Shown piece by piece: positions 19,330-28,451 of a stretch of DNA of 64,000 bases. Source of the DNA: Minisyncoccota bacterium (lineage in GTDB: Bacteria > Patescibacteriota > Minisyncoccia > Phycocordibacterales > UBA9973); NCBI GenBank assembly GCA_041665885.1, contig JBAYHY010000002.1, positions 19,129-83,128 on the forward strand. Direction: 5' to 3'. The notes beneath the pieces were generated by a model, which saw only the letters and a program-made list of their open reading frames with translations, was not told where the DNA came from and made no database searches. Position 1 is the stretch's first letter. The number at the start of each line of letters is the position of its first letter. Position numbers and translations under genes: made by a program.

Positions 19330-19656
19330 ATGCTCCCCAAAAAAAGCAGGGCAAACAAAAAAACAATAGAAAAGATTTTTAAAGAGGGCAATTTTATTAA
19401 TTCACCCACTTTATCTTTTAAGTTTGTTTTAAATCAAAACAAAAAAGATCCACAGATTTCCTTTATCGCGCCTAAAAGCGTAGCAAAGCTTGCAGTGGAG
19501 AGAAATTCATTAAGAAGGAGTGGTTATTTAGCATTTGAAAAACAGACAAACATCCTCCCCCGGGGCCTATCGGGAGCTTTTGTTTTTAAAAAATCGGAAA
19601 GTAATATTCAAATACTCAAAAATGAAATTAAAACGATTCTTCATAAAATTAGTTGA
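19330..19656 (+). CDS. rnpA: ribonuclease P protein component
   Basis: Sits in the canonical rpmH-rnpA position; RnpA-like basic motif ..ERNSLRRSGYLAFEK... Confidence 0.8.
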   Translation: MLPKKSRANKKTIEKIFKEGNFINSPTLSFKFVLNQNKKDPQISFIAPKSVAKLAVERNSLRRSGYLAFEKQTNILPRGLSGAFVFKKSESNIQILKNEIKTILHKIS

Positions 19657-19837
19657 TTTTTACCAAAAGTATATTTCAATTTTTATAAAACCAAGCTGCG
19701 TTTTTTTCCCTACTTGTTCCGAATATACGAAACAAGCTCTGGAAAAATATGGCGTCTTTCGAGGAGCATATTTAGGGGGCCGGCGTATTTTGCGTTGTCA
19801 CCCCTGGCAAAAAAACCACATAGATCCGTTAGATTAA
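19622..19837 (+). CDS. yidD: membrane protein insertion efficiency factor YidD (start refined to the internal Met)
   Basis: ..FIKPSCVFFPTCSEYTKQALEKYGVFRGAYLGGRRILRCHPW..DPLD matches YidD. Overlaps the rnpA 3' end. Confidence 0.8.
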   Translation: MKLKRFFIKLVDFYQKYISIFIKPSCVFFPTCSEYTKQALEKYGVFRGAYLGGRRILRCHPWQKNHIDPLD

Positions 19838-19907
19838 ATAATTTTATTTTAATATTTGCTTTGTAGTAAATTTTGCTAAAAATTTTACTTCGGAGTAAGA
19901 TTAGGAA

Positions 19908-20642
19908 ATGATTTCAAGTATTTGGAATGCGGTCTTATATCAACCACTATTAAACGCCCTGGCGCTCCTGGTGTCGATTATCCCAGGGGGAGACGTCGGA
20001 ATTGCCGTTATTATTTTGACTATTATAGTTAAATTAATTCTTTTCCCCCTTTCTCAAAAATCTATTGAAAGTCAGGCAGAAATGAATATTTTAACGCCGG
20101 AGCTCAACAAAATAAAAACCAGTGGAGCCTCTAAAGAAGAGCAGGCCAAGCAAACCTTCGATCTTTATAAAAAACACAAAGTTAACCCCTTTTCCGGTTG
20201 TCTTTTGGTTTTGGTCCAGATTCCCGTTATTTTTGCTTTATACTATGTTTTTTCCAAAGGCATAAAATTTGACAGTAGTCTTCTTTATTCTTTTGTTCAT
20301 CTTCCAGCGCAAGAAAATATGATGTTTTTGGGCCTTATTAACGTGGGCGGAAAAAGTTTAGTGTTAGCCATTTTGGCCGGAATATCACAATATTTGCAGG
20401 CAGTTTCTATGCCTAAGCCTGTTGTCACCCCCGTTGTCAGTGGGAACGCCCCTTCTTTAACAGAAAGTTTTTCTAAAAGCATGAGCATGCAAATGAAATA
20501 TATTTTTCCTTTTGTGGTTGCTTTTATCGCTTATAGTATTTCGGGTGCGGTCGCTCTTTATTGGACAGCAAGCAATTTATTTATGGTCGCTCAGCAAATT
20601 TATGTAAAAAGAGAGAAAACATTTAAAACAGTAGTTAAATAA
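19908..20642 (+). CDS. yidC: membrane protein insertase YidC (short form)
   Basis: Five TM helices, conserved YidC core, position after rnpA-yidD. Confidence 0.9.
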   Translation: MISSIWNAVLYQPLLNALALLVSIIPGGDVGIAVIILTIIVKLILFPLSQKSIESQAEMNILTPELNKIKTSGASKEEQAKQTFDLYKKHKVNPFSGCLLVLVQIPVIFALYYVFSKGIKFDSSLLYSFVHLPAQENMMFLGLINVGGKSLVLAILAGISQYLQAVSMPKPVVTPVVSGNAPSLTESFSKSMSMQMKYIFPFVVAFIAYSISGAVALYWTASNLFMVAQQIYVKREKTFKTVVK

Positions 20643-20664
20643 TTTCCCGCGAGGGGCGGACAAT

Positions 20665-21147
20665 ATGAAAAAAGACGAAATTCAAAATTTAATAAAAGAG
20701 CTAATTGAAAAGACTACGGTAAAGTTAAACACGATTTCCATTCTTGAGGAAGGGCCTAGAAGCATCTGGATTTCTGCGGAAGTTAGCGAACCACATTTTT
20801 TTATTTCGCGCGAGGGAGAAGGGTTGCAGGCGTTAAACCATCTCGTACATAGAATAGTCGAAGCCAAAACCCCGAGAGAGAAAAATGGAAGCCTAGAGCA
20901 AGGGCTGGGAATCCTCGTGGATATCAATGGTTTTCAAAAAAAACGAGTGGAGAACGTCCGCGCGATTGCACACATGATGTCCGAAAGGGCTCGATATTTC
21001 AAATCAAACATAGAAATAGATCCAATGTCGGCGTTCGAACGAAGAATCATTCATGAATTTTTGTCTGACGCGAACGATCTAAAAACAGAGTCCACGGGGA
21101 TGGGACGAGACCGCCGGGTAGTAATCAAATACACCGGATCTATTTAA
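20665..21147 (+). CDS. jag: Jag/KhpB-like RNA-binding protein (R3H domain)
   Basis: C-terminal R3H motif ..ERRIIHEFLSD..GMGRDRRVVIKY. Canonical position after yidC. Confidence 0.6.
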   Translation: MKKDEIQNLIKELIEKTTVKLNTISILEEGPRSIWISAEVSEPHFFISREGEGLQALNHLVHRIVEAKTPREKNGSLEQGLGILVDINGFQKKRVENVRAIAHMMSERARYFKSNIEIDPMSAFERRIIHEFLSDANDLKTESTGMGRDRRVVIKYTGSI

Positions 21148-22678
21148 TTTTAAGTTCCCAGAGGAAAGAATCTTTTTTGTTTACAAAAAATAAGTAATTT
21201 TCTGTTTCGTCTGTTCCAAGTTTTATGCCATCAATTTCCTCTCCCCCGGTCGTTGTGGTGGGGTCTATTATTTGAGTTGCATTTCCCGTTACAATATCGA
21301 TTTTCCAAAGTTGGTCGGAAAAAGAAACTTCTCCCTGGTACCAGACATCAGGGTATGTGCTTCCACCAGCACCCCCGGGGACCGCACAATAAAGGGTCGT
21401 GCTAGTTTTGTTCCAGACACATTTTTCTGGAAGGGTTTTTACCCCAAACGGCTCGACTGTTTTTGTGTCTGTGTGGAAAAGATTCAAGGCAAGAGTATTA
21501 TTTCCATAAAGTATCATTTTGCCGTCAGGACTCATGAGGGTGGTGAGTCCATTTATTTTACCCATAACTTGACTAAACCTTTGGCTGTTTAGGTCTTTTG
21601 TGTACATATAGCCTGGAACCGAGAAAGATGGCTTGGTGGTGAGGGTGATAGTTTTGCTATTTGGCCAGGAGGAAAGCCATTCGGTAAATGGAGAATCGAA
21701 GATTTGTGTTTTTTTATTGGTTAATAGGTTTAAGGTGGTGCCGACTATATTGTCTCCGCTATTGAATAAGTAAAACACGCTCTTTGTATCAGGGGCTAGG
21801 CTTAAATCTTTTACATCCTCCGGTAAAAAGGTTCCCTTTATTTCATTTCCGTCCGTTGTGTCCCCTGCCAACAATTCTTTTGGCAAATTTCCAACGAAGG
21901 ACTCTATCGTTTTTCCGTCTGTTTTTAGATATCTCATAATCACGGATTCTCCCTTATTCCCGAAGATTGCCTCATAGACTTTTGGTATTATTGTTGTGGT
22001 GAATTTTGTTTCCTGTATTTTATCTACAAATGTTTCATAAATGTTTCCTGAAGCTCTATCTACATATCTTAGGGCCGGGACAAGCTCGGTCGGTGGTGGG
22101 GTCGGATTAATTACTTGCCCAACCGAGGAATACATCGCTGTTTTTGTTTTTGTTCCAACCACCCCATCTGAAGCTAGGCCGTGATCTTTTTGCCATGATT
22201 TAACTGCGGTAGTTAAATTGCTGTCGAAGATTCCATTAATTTCTATACTCAGGCCGAGGGTAGCGTTCAAAAATTTTTGAAGTTCGCTTATCGCATCCCC
22301 CGTGTTTCCCTCTCTGAGAGTAGTGTTACCAAAATTATAATTTACAGAAGGAGTTTCTGTGGGGATTGGCATGTCTATTAGTCGTTCTTTGTTGAATACT
22401 ACATATCCCGCCACCGGCATGCTTGAGACCTTTTTTAATTGGTTGTTTTCTGTCGTTTCATTTGTCGGCTCTGGTTGATATCCTGATATGTCAGTCGGGG
22501 GGGTGCCGGTCGCTGGGGTGGCTGGTTTACTTGGGCCAAATGGGCTAAAAAGAGAGCCGAAATTTATTCCTCCCTGGGGCGTGTCCGTTGTTGGTTGGCG
22601 AAAATATAAAGTTCCCAGAACTATGAGAGTTATTGTGATTAAAATTATTATTAAAAGTATTAAATTTCTTTTTGACAT
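21140..22678 (-). CDS. secreted or membrane-anchored protein with a peptidoglycan-binding domain (PG_binding_1) and a beta-rich C-terminal region
   Basis: N-terminal TM segment. GDAISELQKFLNATLGLSIEINGIFDSNLTTAVKSWQKDHGLASDGVVGTKT matches the PG-binding domain. Confidence 0.5.
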   Translation of the reverse strand: MSKRNLILLIIILITITLIVLGTLYFRQPTTDTPQGGINFGSLFSPFGPSKPATPATGTPPTDISGYQPEPTNETTENNQLKKVSSMPVAGYVVFNKERLIDMPIPTETPSVNYNFGNTTLREGNTGDAISELQKFLNATLGLSIEINGIFDSNLTTAVKSWQKDHGLASDGVVGTKTKTAMYSSVGQVINPTPPPTELVPALRYVDRASGNIYETFVDKIQETKFTTTIIPKVYEAIFGNKGESVIMRYLKTDGKTIESFVGNLPKELLAGDTTDGNEIKGTFLPEDVKDLSLAPDTKSVFYLFNSGDNIVGTTLNLLTNKKTQIFDSPFTEWLSSWPNSKTITLTTKPSFSVPGYMYTKDLNSQRFSQVMGKINGLTTLMSPDGKMILYGNNTLALNLFHTDTKTVEPFGVKTLPEKCVWNKTSTTLYCAVPGGAGGSTYPDVWYQGEVSFSDQLWKIDIVTGNATQIIDPTTTTGGEEIDGIKLGTDETENYLFFVNKKDSFLWELKIK

Positions 22679-22694
22679 AAAATTTTGACTTTAT

Positions 22695-23729
22695 TTATTG
22701 ACATCCTTCGCTGGCAATCTGGGCGTTTATGCTAGCCATTCTATCTACAACCTGTTGCGCATAATCAATTCCCCCGAAACTACACTTACCAAAATATTTG
22801 CAAGCAGCTTGATAGGGGCTCGAAGAGTCACTTATATATGTAGCCGCCACGGTCATTGCGTCTCCGGTGTTCCATGGATTTTTTCCAGTACCGCCGCTTG
22901 CGAGCCATGTACTAGGAAGAATTTGCATACCCCCCATCGCACCCCCGTGACCGCCAGTTCCAGCGCATGATACGTTAACCGGAGGACTTTTTCCTAATCC
23001 GGCCAAGATTGTTTGAAGGTTTGCAACATCTGCCGGGTACATATTTGCAGTTTTCCCTTGTGCATTAGGAGATCCATCAGAAGAACATCCTCCAACATTT
23101 ACCCCCCCACTTGATTCTTGGGCAAAGATGGACAAAATAAGTGCCCTATCTACTCCAGTTGCTGCTTGTGCGGCAGTTGCCGCCGGACAAGCATCGGCCT
23201 TGAAATTAATTTTAGCCCCAGTCTTTCCATCAAGGCTTTGTGCCCCAGAAAGCACAAAATCATTTATTATTGTTACATTTTTTAAACTGGATAAGTCGGT
23301 TTTTAATAAATCAGGGTTGATTGTATTGAGAATCAACCAAGCACCGAGGGCCAGAAGAAGACCGAAAATTGCATGTGTGATTCTTTCTTTTCCATGTCCC
23401 TTGTTTCCCGGTAATTCACTTGCCATGTATTCAATTCCGCCCACCACTATCATTATTACAGCCAGGACAGCGCATATGCCGATAAATAAACTTATCATGA
23501 TATTTAAATATTTTCCCAAATTGCTTGCTTGCGTCGGGTCAAAGGTTTTAAGTTCACCGTTAACGCACCCCTCGGTGCCCGGGGTACATGGCAGTGGAGC
23601 CAAAAGTTGATACTCAGTATTAGTTGTTGGTGGAAGGGGCGGTCCTATGAGGGCAGTGACCTGAGTCGCGGGGCCCAAAAACCCGCCTAGCACGAAGAGT
23701 ATTAAAATATAAGGTAAAAGTTTTTTCAT
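22695..23729 (-). CDS. lytic transglycosylase (SLT domain) protein, VirB1/CwlT-like, with signal peptide and a central TM segment
   Basis: SLT motifs ..AQESSGG.. and GGMQILPSTW. The N-terminal MKKLLPYILILF signal resembles that of the 28452..31412 protein. Confidence 0.55.
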   Translation of the reverse strand: MKKLLPYILILFVLGGFLGPATQVTALIGPPLPPTTNTEYQLLAPLPCTPGTEGCVNGELKTFDPTQASNLGKYLNIMISLFIGICAVLAVIMIVVGGIEYMASELPGNKGHGKERITHAIFGLLLALGAWLILNTINPDLLKTDLSSLKNVTIINDFVLSGAQSLDGKTGAKINFKADACPAATAAQAATGVDRALILSIFAQESSGGVNVGGCSSDGSPNAQGKTANMYPADVANLQTILAGLGKSPPVNVSCAGTGGHGGAMGGMQILPSTWLASGGTGKNPWNTGDAMTVAATYISDSSSPYQAACKYFGKCSFGGIDYAQQVVDRMASINAQIASEGCQ

Positions 23730-23730
23730 T

Positions 23731-24729
23731 TTAAAATTCTACGCTAAGTTCTTTGCTGGCTGTTTCAAAAATTTTATAAATATTATTGATTTCTAATTTT
23801 ATTTTTGATGTTCCGGAAACCCCAGATTGTACTTTTACTGGCATTAAATTTTTATCAAGACTGTTTGTGTCTATCGGACTGCCGTTGATGGACCAATCCC
23901 ACGCAAGAATTGGATTTTTTATGTTTTGTGAAGAGATAAAATATGGGACCGCTTCTATAATTTCGTCGCTTATTATTTTATGTCCATCCAAAAGTGCTTT
24001 TTCCCAAAGGGTGCCCCTGGTTAAGTCGTGTTTATAAAAGACAAGTTTGGGAGCAAAAGTTATTATATCCACTGCTGCCCCCGTTTCGTATTTTTGGTCA
24101 ACGGTTGAGGCTTTCACACTGATATTATTTGAATCGTCTAAATAATCACTCGTGTAAACAAAAAAGTTTTTGCCATATCCAGAACTATCTGGGTTGTTTG
24201 TATAATCTTTTTTCCAGGAGTATGTCATCGTTTTGGGGTTTATGAGTTGAGAGCCGGAGTTTATTTCCGGCATAAAAACCACCTTGATTCCGCTGCCCGG
24301 ACCCGGCAATGCTTTTCCTTTATAAAAAGGGGGAACATAAGAGGCATTTGCCTGCCAAAGAAGGGTTGCAATGCTTGGCTTTACTATTATTATTTTTTCT
24401 ACTGTATTGTTGGGCAAGGCGACAGTGGCCACGACTCGCGCCTCTCCTCCACTGGTCGGAGCACTTAAGGATAAGGATTTTTTCCCTATTCCGGACAGAA
24501 CATTCTTTCCATTGACAGACCAAGAAATTAAAATGCTATCTAGTTTTGCTGAATAGCTACTTAAAGTAATGCTTGTATTTTCTCCCGGATTTGGGTTTTG
24601 TGGAACAACGCTCACATGGATACTTTCCGCAGACGGCGAAACTGCGTTCGTTATAAGGGGAAACGCAAACAAGAGGCCCCCGGCCATAAATAAAAATATA
24701 GATAATAATTTTAAAAGACCCTTCAACAT
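23731..24729 (-). CDS. secreted or membrane-anchored hypothetical protein in the T4SS-like operon (possible VirB8-like position)
   Basis: N-terminal TM/signal sequence, then a ~300-aa beta-rich domain. No motif recognised. Confidence 0.35.
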   Translation of the reverse strand: MLKGLLKLLSIFLFMAGGLLFAFPLITNAVSPSAESIHVSVVPQNPNPGENTSITLSSYSAKLDSILISWSVNGKNVLSGIGKKSLSLSAPTSGGEARVVATVALPNNTVEKIIIVKPSIATLLWQANASYVPPFYKGKALPGPGSGIKVVFMPEINSGSQLINPKTMTYSWKKDYTNNPDSSGYGKNFFVYTSDYLDDSNNISVKASTVDQKYETGAAVDIITFAPKLVFYKHDLTRGTLWEKALLDGHKIISDEIIEAVPYFISSQNIKNPILAWDWSINGSPIDTNSLDKNLMPVKVQSGVSGTSKIKLEINNIYKIFETASKELSVEF

Positions 24730-24782
24730 AACTTAATTATATCATTTTCTAATATTTAACACCTAATTTACGCATTTGCTGG

Positions 24783-26627
24783 CTATCTTCCAGTTATTTC
24801 TTCCGCCTCCTGTTCTTCTTTGGCTTTTTTGTTTGATAATATTTGAGAAGGATCAGAAGTGATTATTTGGTCTTCGGTGTAGGAGGAAACTATTTTTATC
24901 GCGACGTGCTTTAGCCCCGCAAAAAAGATTCCCTCCCCCAGGCCGGACTCCAAGAGTAAATATTTTTCTTCATCGGTTAAATTAAAGGTTTTTTGCAATA
25001 TGTCGATAGTTGTCGGGGATTGTTTTAAAAGAAGTTGAATGGAGGAGTTGGTGATTATCGGCACTCCGTATGGAGACTTCATAAAATCAGCTGCATCCTG
25101 AGTAATAGTAGAAAGGCCCAGATAATATTTTCTGCCCCTTTTGGCGATGGAATAAAGGAAAGAAGCCGTATCTTCGGATTTCATCATCCACCAGGCTTCA
25201 TCTACCACCAGCAGACGTTTTTTCAAGTTTTTTCGTATGGTGTTCCAAATATAATGCATCACGATATACATAGCGACGGGTTTTAATTCGTCTTCCATAT
25301 CTCGAACGGAGAACACCACGAATTTTTTGTTGATATCCACATTGGACGGCCTGTTTAAGAAAGTTGCCCACGAACCTTTCGTGTATTTTACCAGTCTGGC
25401 CACCACAGAGTTGCTACCTTCCATGCCTGAAAGCACCATTTCAAAATCTGTAAGAAGAGGAGGCTCAATGTTTGAAAAATCTGATTCAGGGGTAATATCT
25501 TTTATTGCATAGGTTTCTGAAATAGCTCGGTCTACCATTGAATCTTCTTCAGGGGTAAGACCACCCAACATCAAACGAAAAAGTCCAACAAGGTTGATGA
25601 TATTTGAACGCAAAACATCTTCTGCTGTTTCATCCTCGCGGGGAATTGGTAAGTCGAATGGGTTGATATGGTGGTCGGAGGAAAGCGAAATATTAAAATA
25701 TCGCCCACCAACAGCCTCGGACAAAAATTCATATTCTCTTTCCGGGTCTATCACGATAACGTCAGTGTCAAACATCAACGACCTTAGAATTTCTAGCTTG
25801 GTTGCATAAGATTTTCCGGAGCCGGATTTGGCGAAAGTCACAGAATTATAATTCTCTAAACTGAATCGGTCGAAGATAACGAGGGACGAGTTATGCCTGT
25901 TTATTCCATAGAGAATTCCTTTGTCAGAAGTTAGGTCGGAGGAAATAAAAGGGAAAACACTAGAAAGCGGCTCCGAGTTTAATTTTTGATGAATATTTAA
26001 CAAGTCAGTTTCAATCGGAATAACACTTTTGAATCCTTCTTCTTGTTGGAAGAGGGCCGGTTTGATATAAATAAGCTTTGATTCAAGCATTGATTTTATT
26101 TCATTTTCTATTTTAAAGAGTTCCATCTCGTTGTCGGCATAAATCGTAATATAGACGCCCACGTCGAACATTTTTTCCTGGGCCTGGATTAGATTATTGC
26201 GCAAGGTTTCTAAGTCTTCATACGCGGTGTCGAGCATTGGGTCACGGACCATTCCCCTTGCCGCCCTTACGTTTATTTGGCTTTGCACCTCGGCAGTTTT
26301 TTTCTGAAATTGTCTTAAAACCAAGGAGGTGTCTATCGGATGAATAAAAATAGAAATGTCGAAAACCTTATCTAAATTAATGATTGGCGAGAACCAATTG
26401 TCGGTCAAATATCTCGGATAAGAGATTATAAAAAAAGTACGAGCGATTTTATTTCCGAGATTTATTGATTTTGACTCTATTTTTAGGGCGGACGGGGCGA
26501 TGACGTCTTGGAGCTCCAGATTGGCAGATTCGTAAATTTCTTCCGGCAAAACTGCCAAAACAGAAGCCTGCGGTTCTATCTTTATACCTATTTTTTTATT
26601 ACCGAATAATTTTTTTAAAAAATCCAT
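24783..26627 (-). CDS. VirB4/TrbE/CagE-family type IV secretion ATPase (central + C-terminal ATPase part)
   Basis: Walker A FAKSGSGKSYATK, Walker B LLVVDEAWWMM (the hhhhDEAW form typical of VirB4), C-terminal ..GLSTITQ... Confidence 0.65.
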   Translation of the reverse strand: MDFLKKLFGNKKIGIKIEPQASVLAVLPEEIYESANLELQDVIAPSALKIESKSINLGNKIARTFFIISYPRYLTDNWFSPIINLDKVFDISIFIHPIDTSLVLRQFQKKTAEVQSQINVRAARGMVRDPMLDTAYEDLETLRNNLIQAQEKMFDVGVYITIYADNEMELFKIENEIKSMLESKLIYIKPALFQQEEGFKSVIPIETDLLNIHQKLNSEPLSSVFPFISSDLTSDKGILYGINRHNSSLVIFDRFSLENYNSVTFAKSGSGKSYATKLEILRSLMFDTDVIVIDPEREYEFLSEAVGGRYFNISLSSDHHINPFDLPIPREDETAEDVLRSNIINLVGLFRLMLGGLTPEEDSMVDRAISETYAIKDITPESDFSNIEPPLLTDFEMVLSGMEGSNSVVARLVKYTKGSWATFLNRPSNVDINKKFVVFSVRDMEDELKPVAMYIVMHYIWNTIRKNLKKRLLVVDEAWWMMKSEDTASFLYSIAKRGRKYYLGLSTITQDAADFMKSPYGVPIITNSSIQLLLKQSPTTIDILQKTFNLTDEEKYLLLESGLGEGIFFAGLKHVAIKIVSSYTEDQIITSDPSQILSNKKAKEEQEAEEITGR

Positions 26628-26655
26628 ATAATTTTTGTGATATTAAGCCCGTAGT

Positions 26656-27294
26656 TTATTCCAATTTGATTTTTCCTTCCAGTTCTCCCGGATTGAAAAC
26701 TTTATAAAATATTTCCACCACTTCCTCGGTGCCTAGTTGGGCTGAATTTATGCCACAACGTCCAAGTCCTTGTTGAATAACAGCCACTCTTTCTTCGAGC
26801 TGGGATCTTTTTTCTTCAAAAGCGACTTGTCTTGCCGCTCGGACCTCTTCCTTATTTTTTTTTGAGAATATTTTATTCAATATTCCGGTGTCTGATTTTA
26901 ACACAGTATGTGTGTAAGGCACGACCACAAAAAAGCTTTTTGTCATGATGCTAACCGAATCGGTAAAATTTTTAATGAATTCTATATATTCTCTGGTTTG
27001 TAGTTTTAAAAGCGGTTCATTTTGTACTTTCATGCGATTTTCCAAAAGAAGCAGATACGGGCGAATATCTAAGCGCCTAGACTGAATCGATATTTGTACG
27101 GAAAAATCCAGAGTATTAAGAAAATTTTGAAATTGCATTATGGTCGCCCTTTGCTCGTCGGATGATTTTAAAGAAAGATTGATTGAGTTGGCGAGAACAA
27201 TAGCCCGGAGATCGTCGTTTTTCAACACGACGATTCCGTCGCGTACTTCTTTAATCGGGATAAATTCTTGGGTTGCTTTTGCTTTTAAGGCCAT
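26656..27294 (-). CDS. VirB4 N-terminal domain-like protein (separate ORF)
   Basis: ..EFIPIKEVRDGIVVLKNDDLRAIVLANSINLSLKSSDEQRATIMQFQNFLNTLDFSVQISIQSRR matches the VirB4/TrbE N-terminal domain pattern. A 28-nt gap with stop codons in intervening frames argues for a genuine split. Confidence 0.45.
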   Translation of the reverse strand: MALKAKATQEFIPIKEVRDGIVVLKNDDLRAIVLANSINLSLKSSDEQRATIMQFQNFLNTLDFSVQISIQSRRLDIRPYLLLLENRMKVQNEPLLKLQTREYIEFIKNFTDSVSIMTKSFFVVVPYTHTVLKSDTGILNKIFSKKNKEEVRAARQVAFEEKRSQLEERVAVIQQGLGRCGINSAQLGTEEVVEIFYKVFNPGELEGKIKLE

Positions 27295-27299
27295 AATAT

Positions 27300-27728
27300 T
27301 TATTGGGTATCCTCTTTTTGTTTGCTTAAATCTAATACGTTTAAACTCCAGGCCAGGTCTCTCAACTTGCTTCCACTTAATTTTGTTGGGACCATTATTG
27401 TTTTATTTTCATCTAAAACTTGTGCTTGATCGGGCTTATTTTTTTGGTTTTTTTGTTTTTTCCAAATATAAAGTTTGTTTTGGGTAAAATATTTGAATCC
27501 GTATTCAAGCATGTTCACAAAGGGTTTATTATTTGGTCGATAAAAAGTAAGCAACAAGGAAAATCCCGCCATAACCAAAATCGGGATTGCTCCCCAGAAA
27601 AGGCCCAACAATTTATAAAGAGTAAAACATAAACCTCCGCCACCGACTAAGTAAATAAACTCCCTAAAAGTAAAAGGGCCAAAAATTTTATCTTCTATCT
27701 CTAAAAATTGTGGAACTCGGAATTGCAT
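27300..27728 (-). CDS. PrgI/VirB3-like small membrane protein
   Basis: MQFRVPQFLEIEDKIFGPFTFREFIYLVGGGGL followed by two TM helices. Closely matches the PrgI-family (VirB3-like) N-terminal consensus of Gram-positive-type T4SS. Confidence 0.5.
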   Translation of the reverse strand: MQFRVPQFLEIEDKIFGPFTFREFIYLVGGGGLCFTLYKLLGLFWGAIPILVMAGFSLLLTFYRPNNKPFVNMLEYGFKYFTQNKLYIWKKQKNQKNKPDQAQVLDENKTIMVPTKLSGSKLRDLAWSLNVLDLSKQKEDTQ

Positions 27729-27734
27729 AATTTT

Positions 27735-28427
27735 TTATTCAGGTTTTATTCTGTATGGGTCCTCCCCTATCGAATAAGAGGGAGAAAGTTTGCTTGTGTC
27801 CGTGGATGCGGGTTTTATATTTCCCATAATGCTTGAAGGGGAAAGGGGGACCGGGGGTGTCGTGGGAGAATTCACCCCAGGACCAGAACCCTTTGTGATA
27901 TTTTCTAAAGTATGTTCTGTCCTCGCCACCCCACTTTGAACGGAGGAAGATAATTTTTGAGCCAAGATGGTGTGCACATCTTCTTTAAGTTTTTTTTCAC
28001 CAATATCGTTTGTCGGAGTATTCTTCGTTGGAAGAACTTCAATGCCAGCCGAGTTTAATATCTCTGTATTTTTTTCTTCTTCTGCTTGTATGTTTTTAGT
28101 TTCGGGCGCAGGATTATACATCGCCATTATTTTTACCCTAATTTCTTTTAATATTTTTTCATTAACAGCGTTGACCACAGCTTGAGTCTTTTCGTCACCC
28201 AGCTTCATGCTGTTTTTAACGGATTCTTTAAACTTATCCGGGTGAGTAAAACCAAACATTACCATGTGTGTTTCTAGGGAAAGTTGCCCCATTTGTTCCA
28301 CGTTTAGCCCCTCTGTTTGACCTATCTCAATAATATTATCATCTACCTTGGCTGCCATAATCGCCCATTTCAAATCTTCCGGCAAAGTTTCAAATTTTTT
28401 TTGTATTTCTTCTAATGTTATTTCCAT
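27735..28427 (-). CDS. hypothetical soluble protein with a Pro-rich C-terminus, in the T4SS-like operon
   Basis: 230 aa, no TM segment, no recognisable motif. Confidence 0.35.
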   Translation of the reverse strand: MEITLEEIQKKFETLPEDLKWAIMAAKVDDNIIEIGQTEGLNVEQMGQLSLETHMVMFGFTHPDKFKESVKNSMKLGDEKTQAVVNAVNEKILKEIRVKIMAMYNPAPETKNIQAEEEKNTEILNSAGIEVLPTKNTPTNDIGEKKLKEDVHTILAQKLSSSVQSGVARTEHTLENITKGSGPGVNSPTTPPVPLSPSSIMGNIKPASTDTSKLSPSYSIGEDPYRIKPE

Positions 28428-28451
28428 AATATTTTTTTAGGTTAATAATTT

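Noticed and set aside
26620-26660. VirB4 N- and C-parts as an assembly frameshift artifact.
   Set aside because: Fusing them would need two separate frame changes plus removal of an in-frame stop. Unlike gspE and rpmH, a single homopolymer indel cannot explain it.
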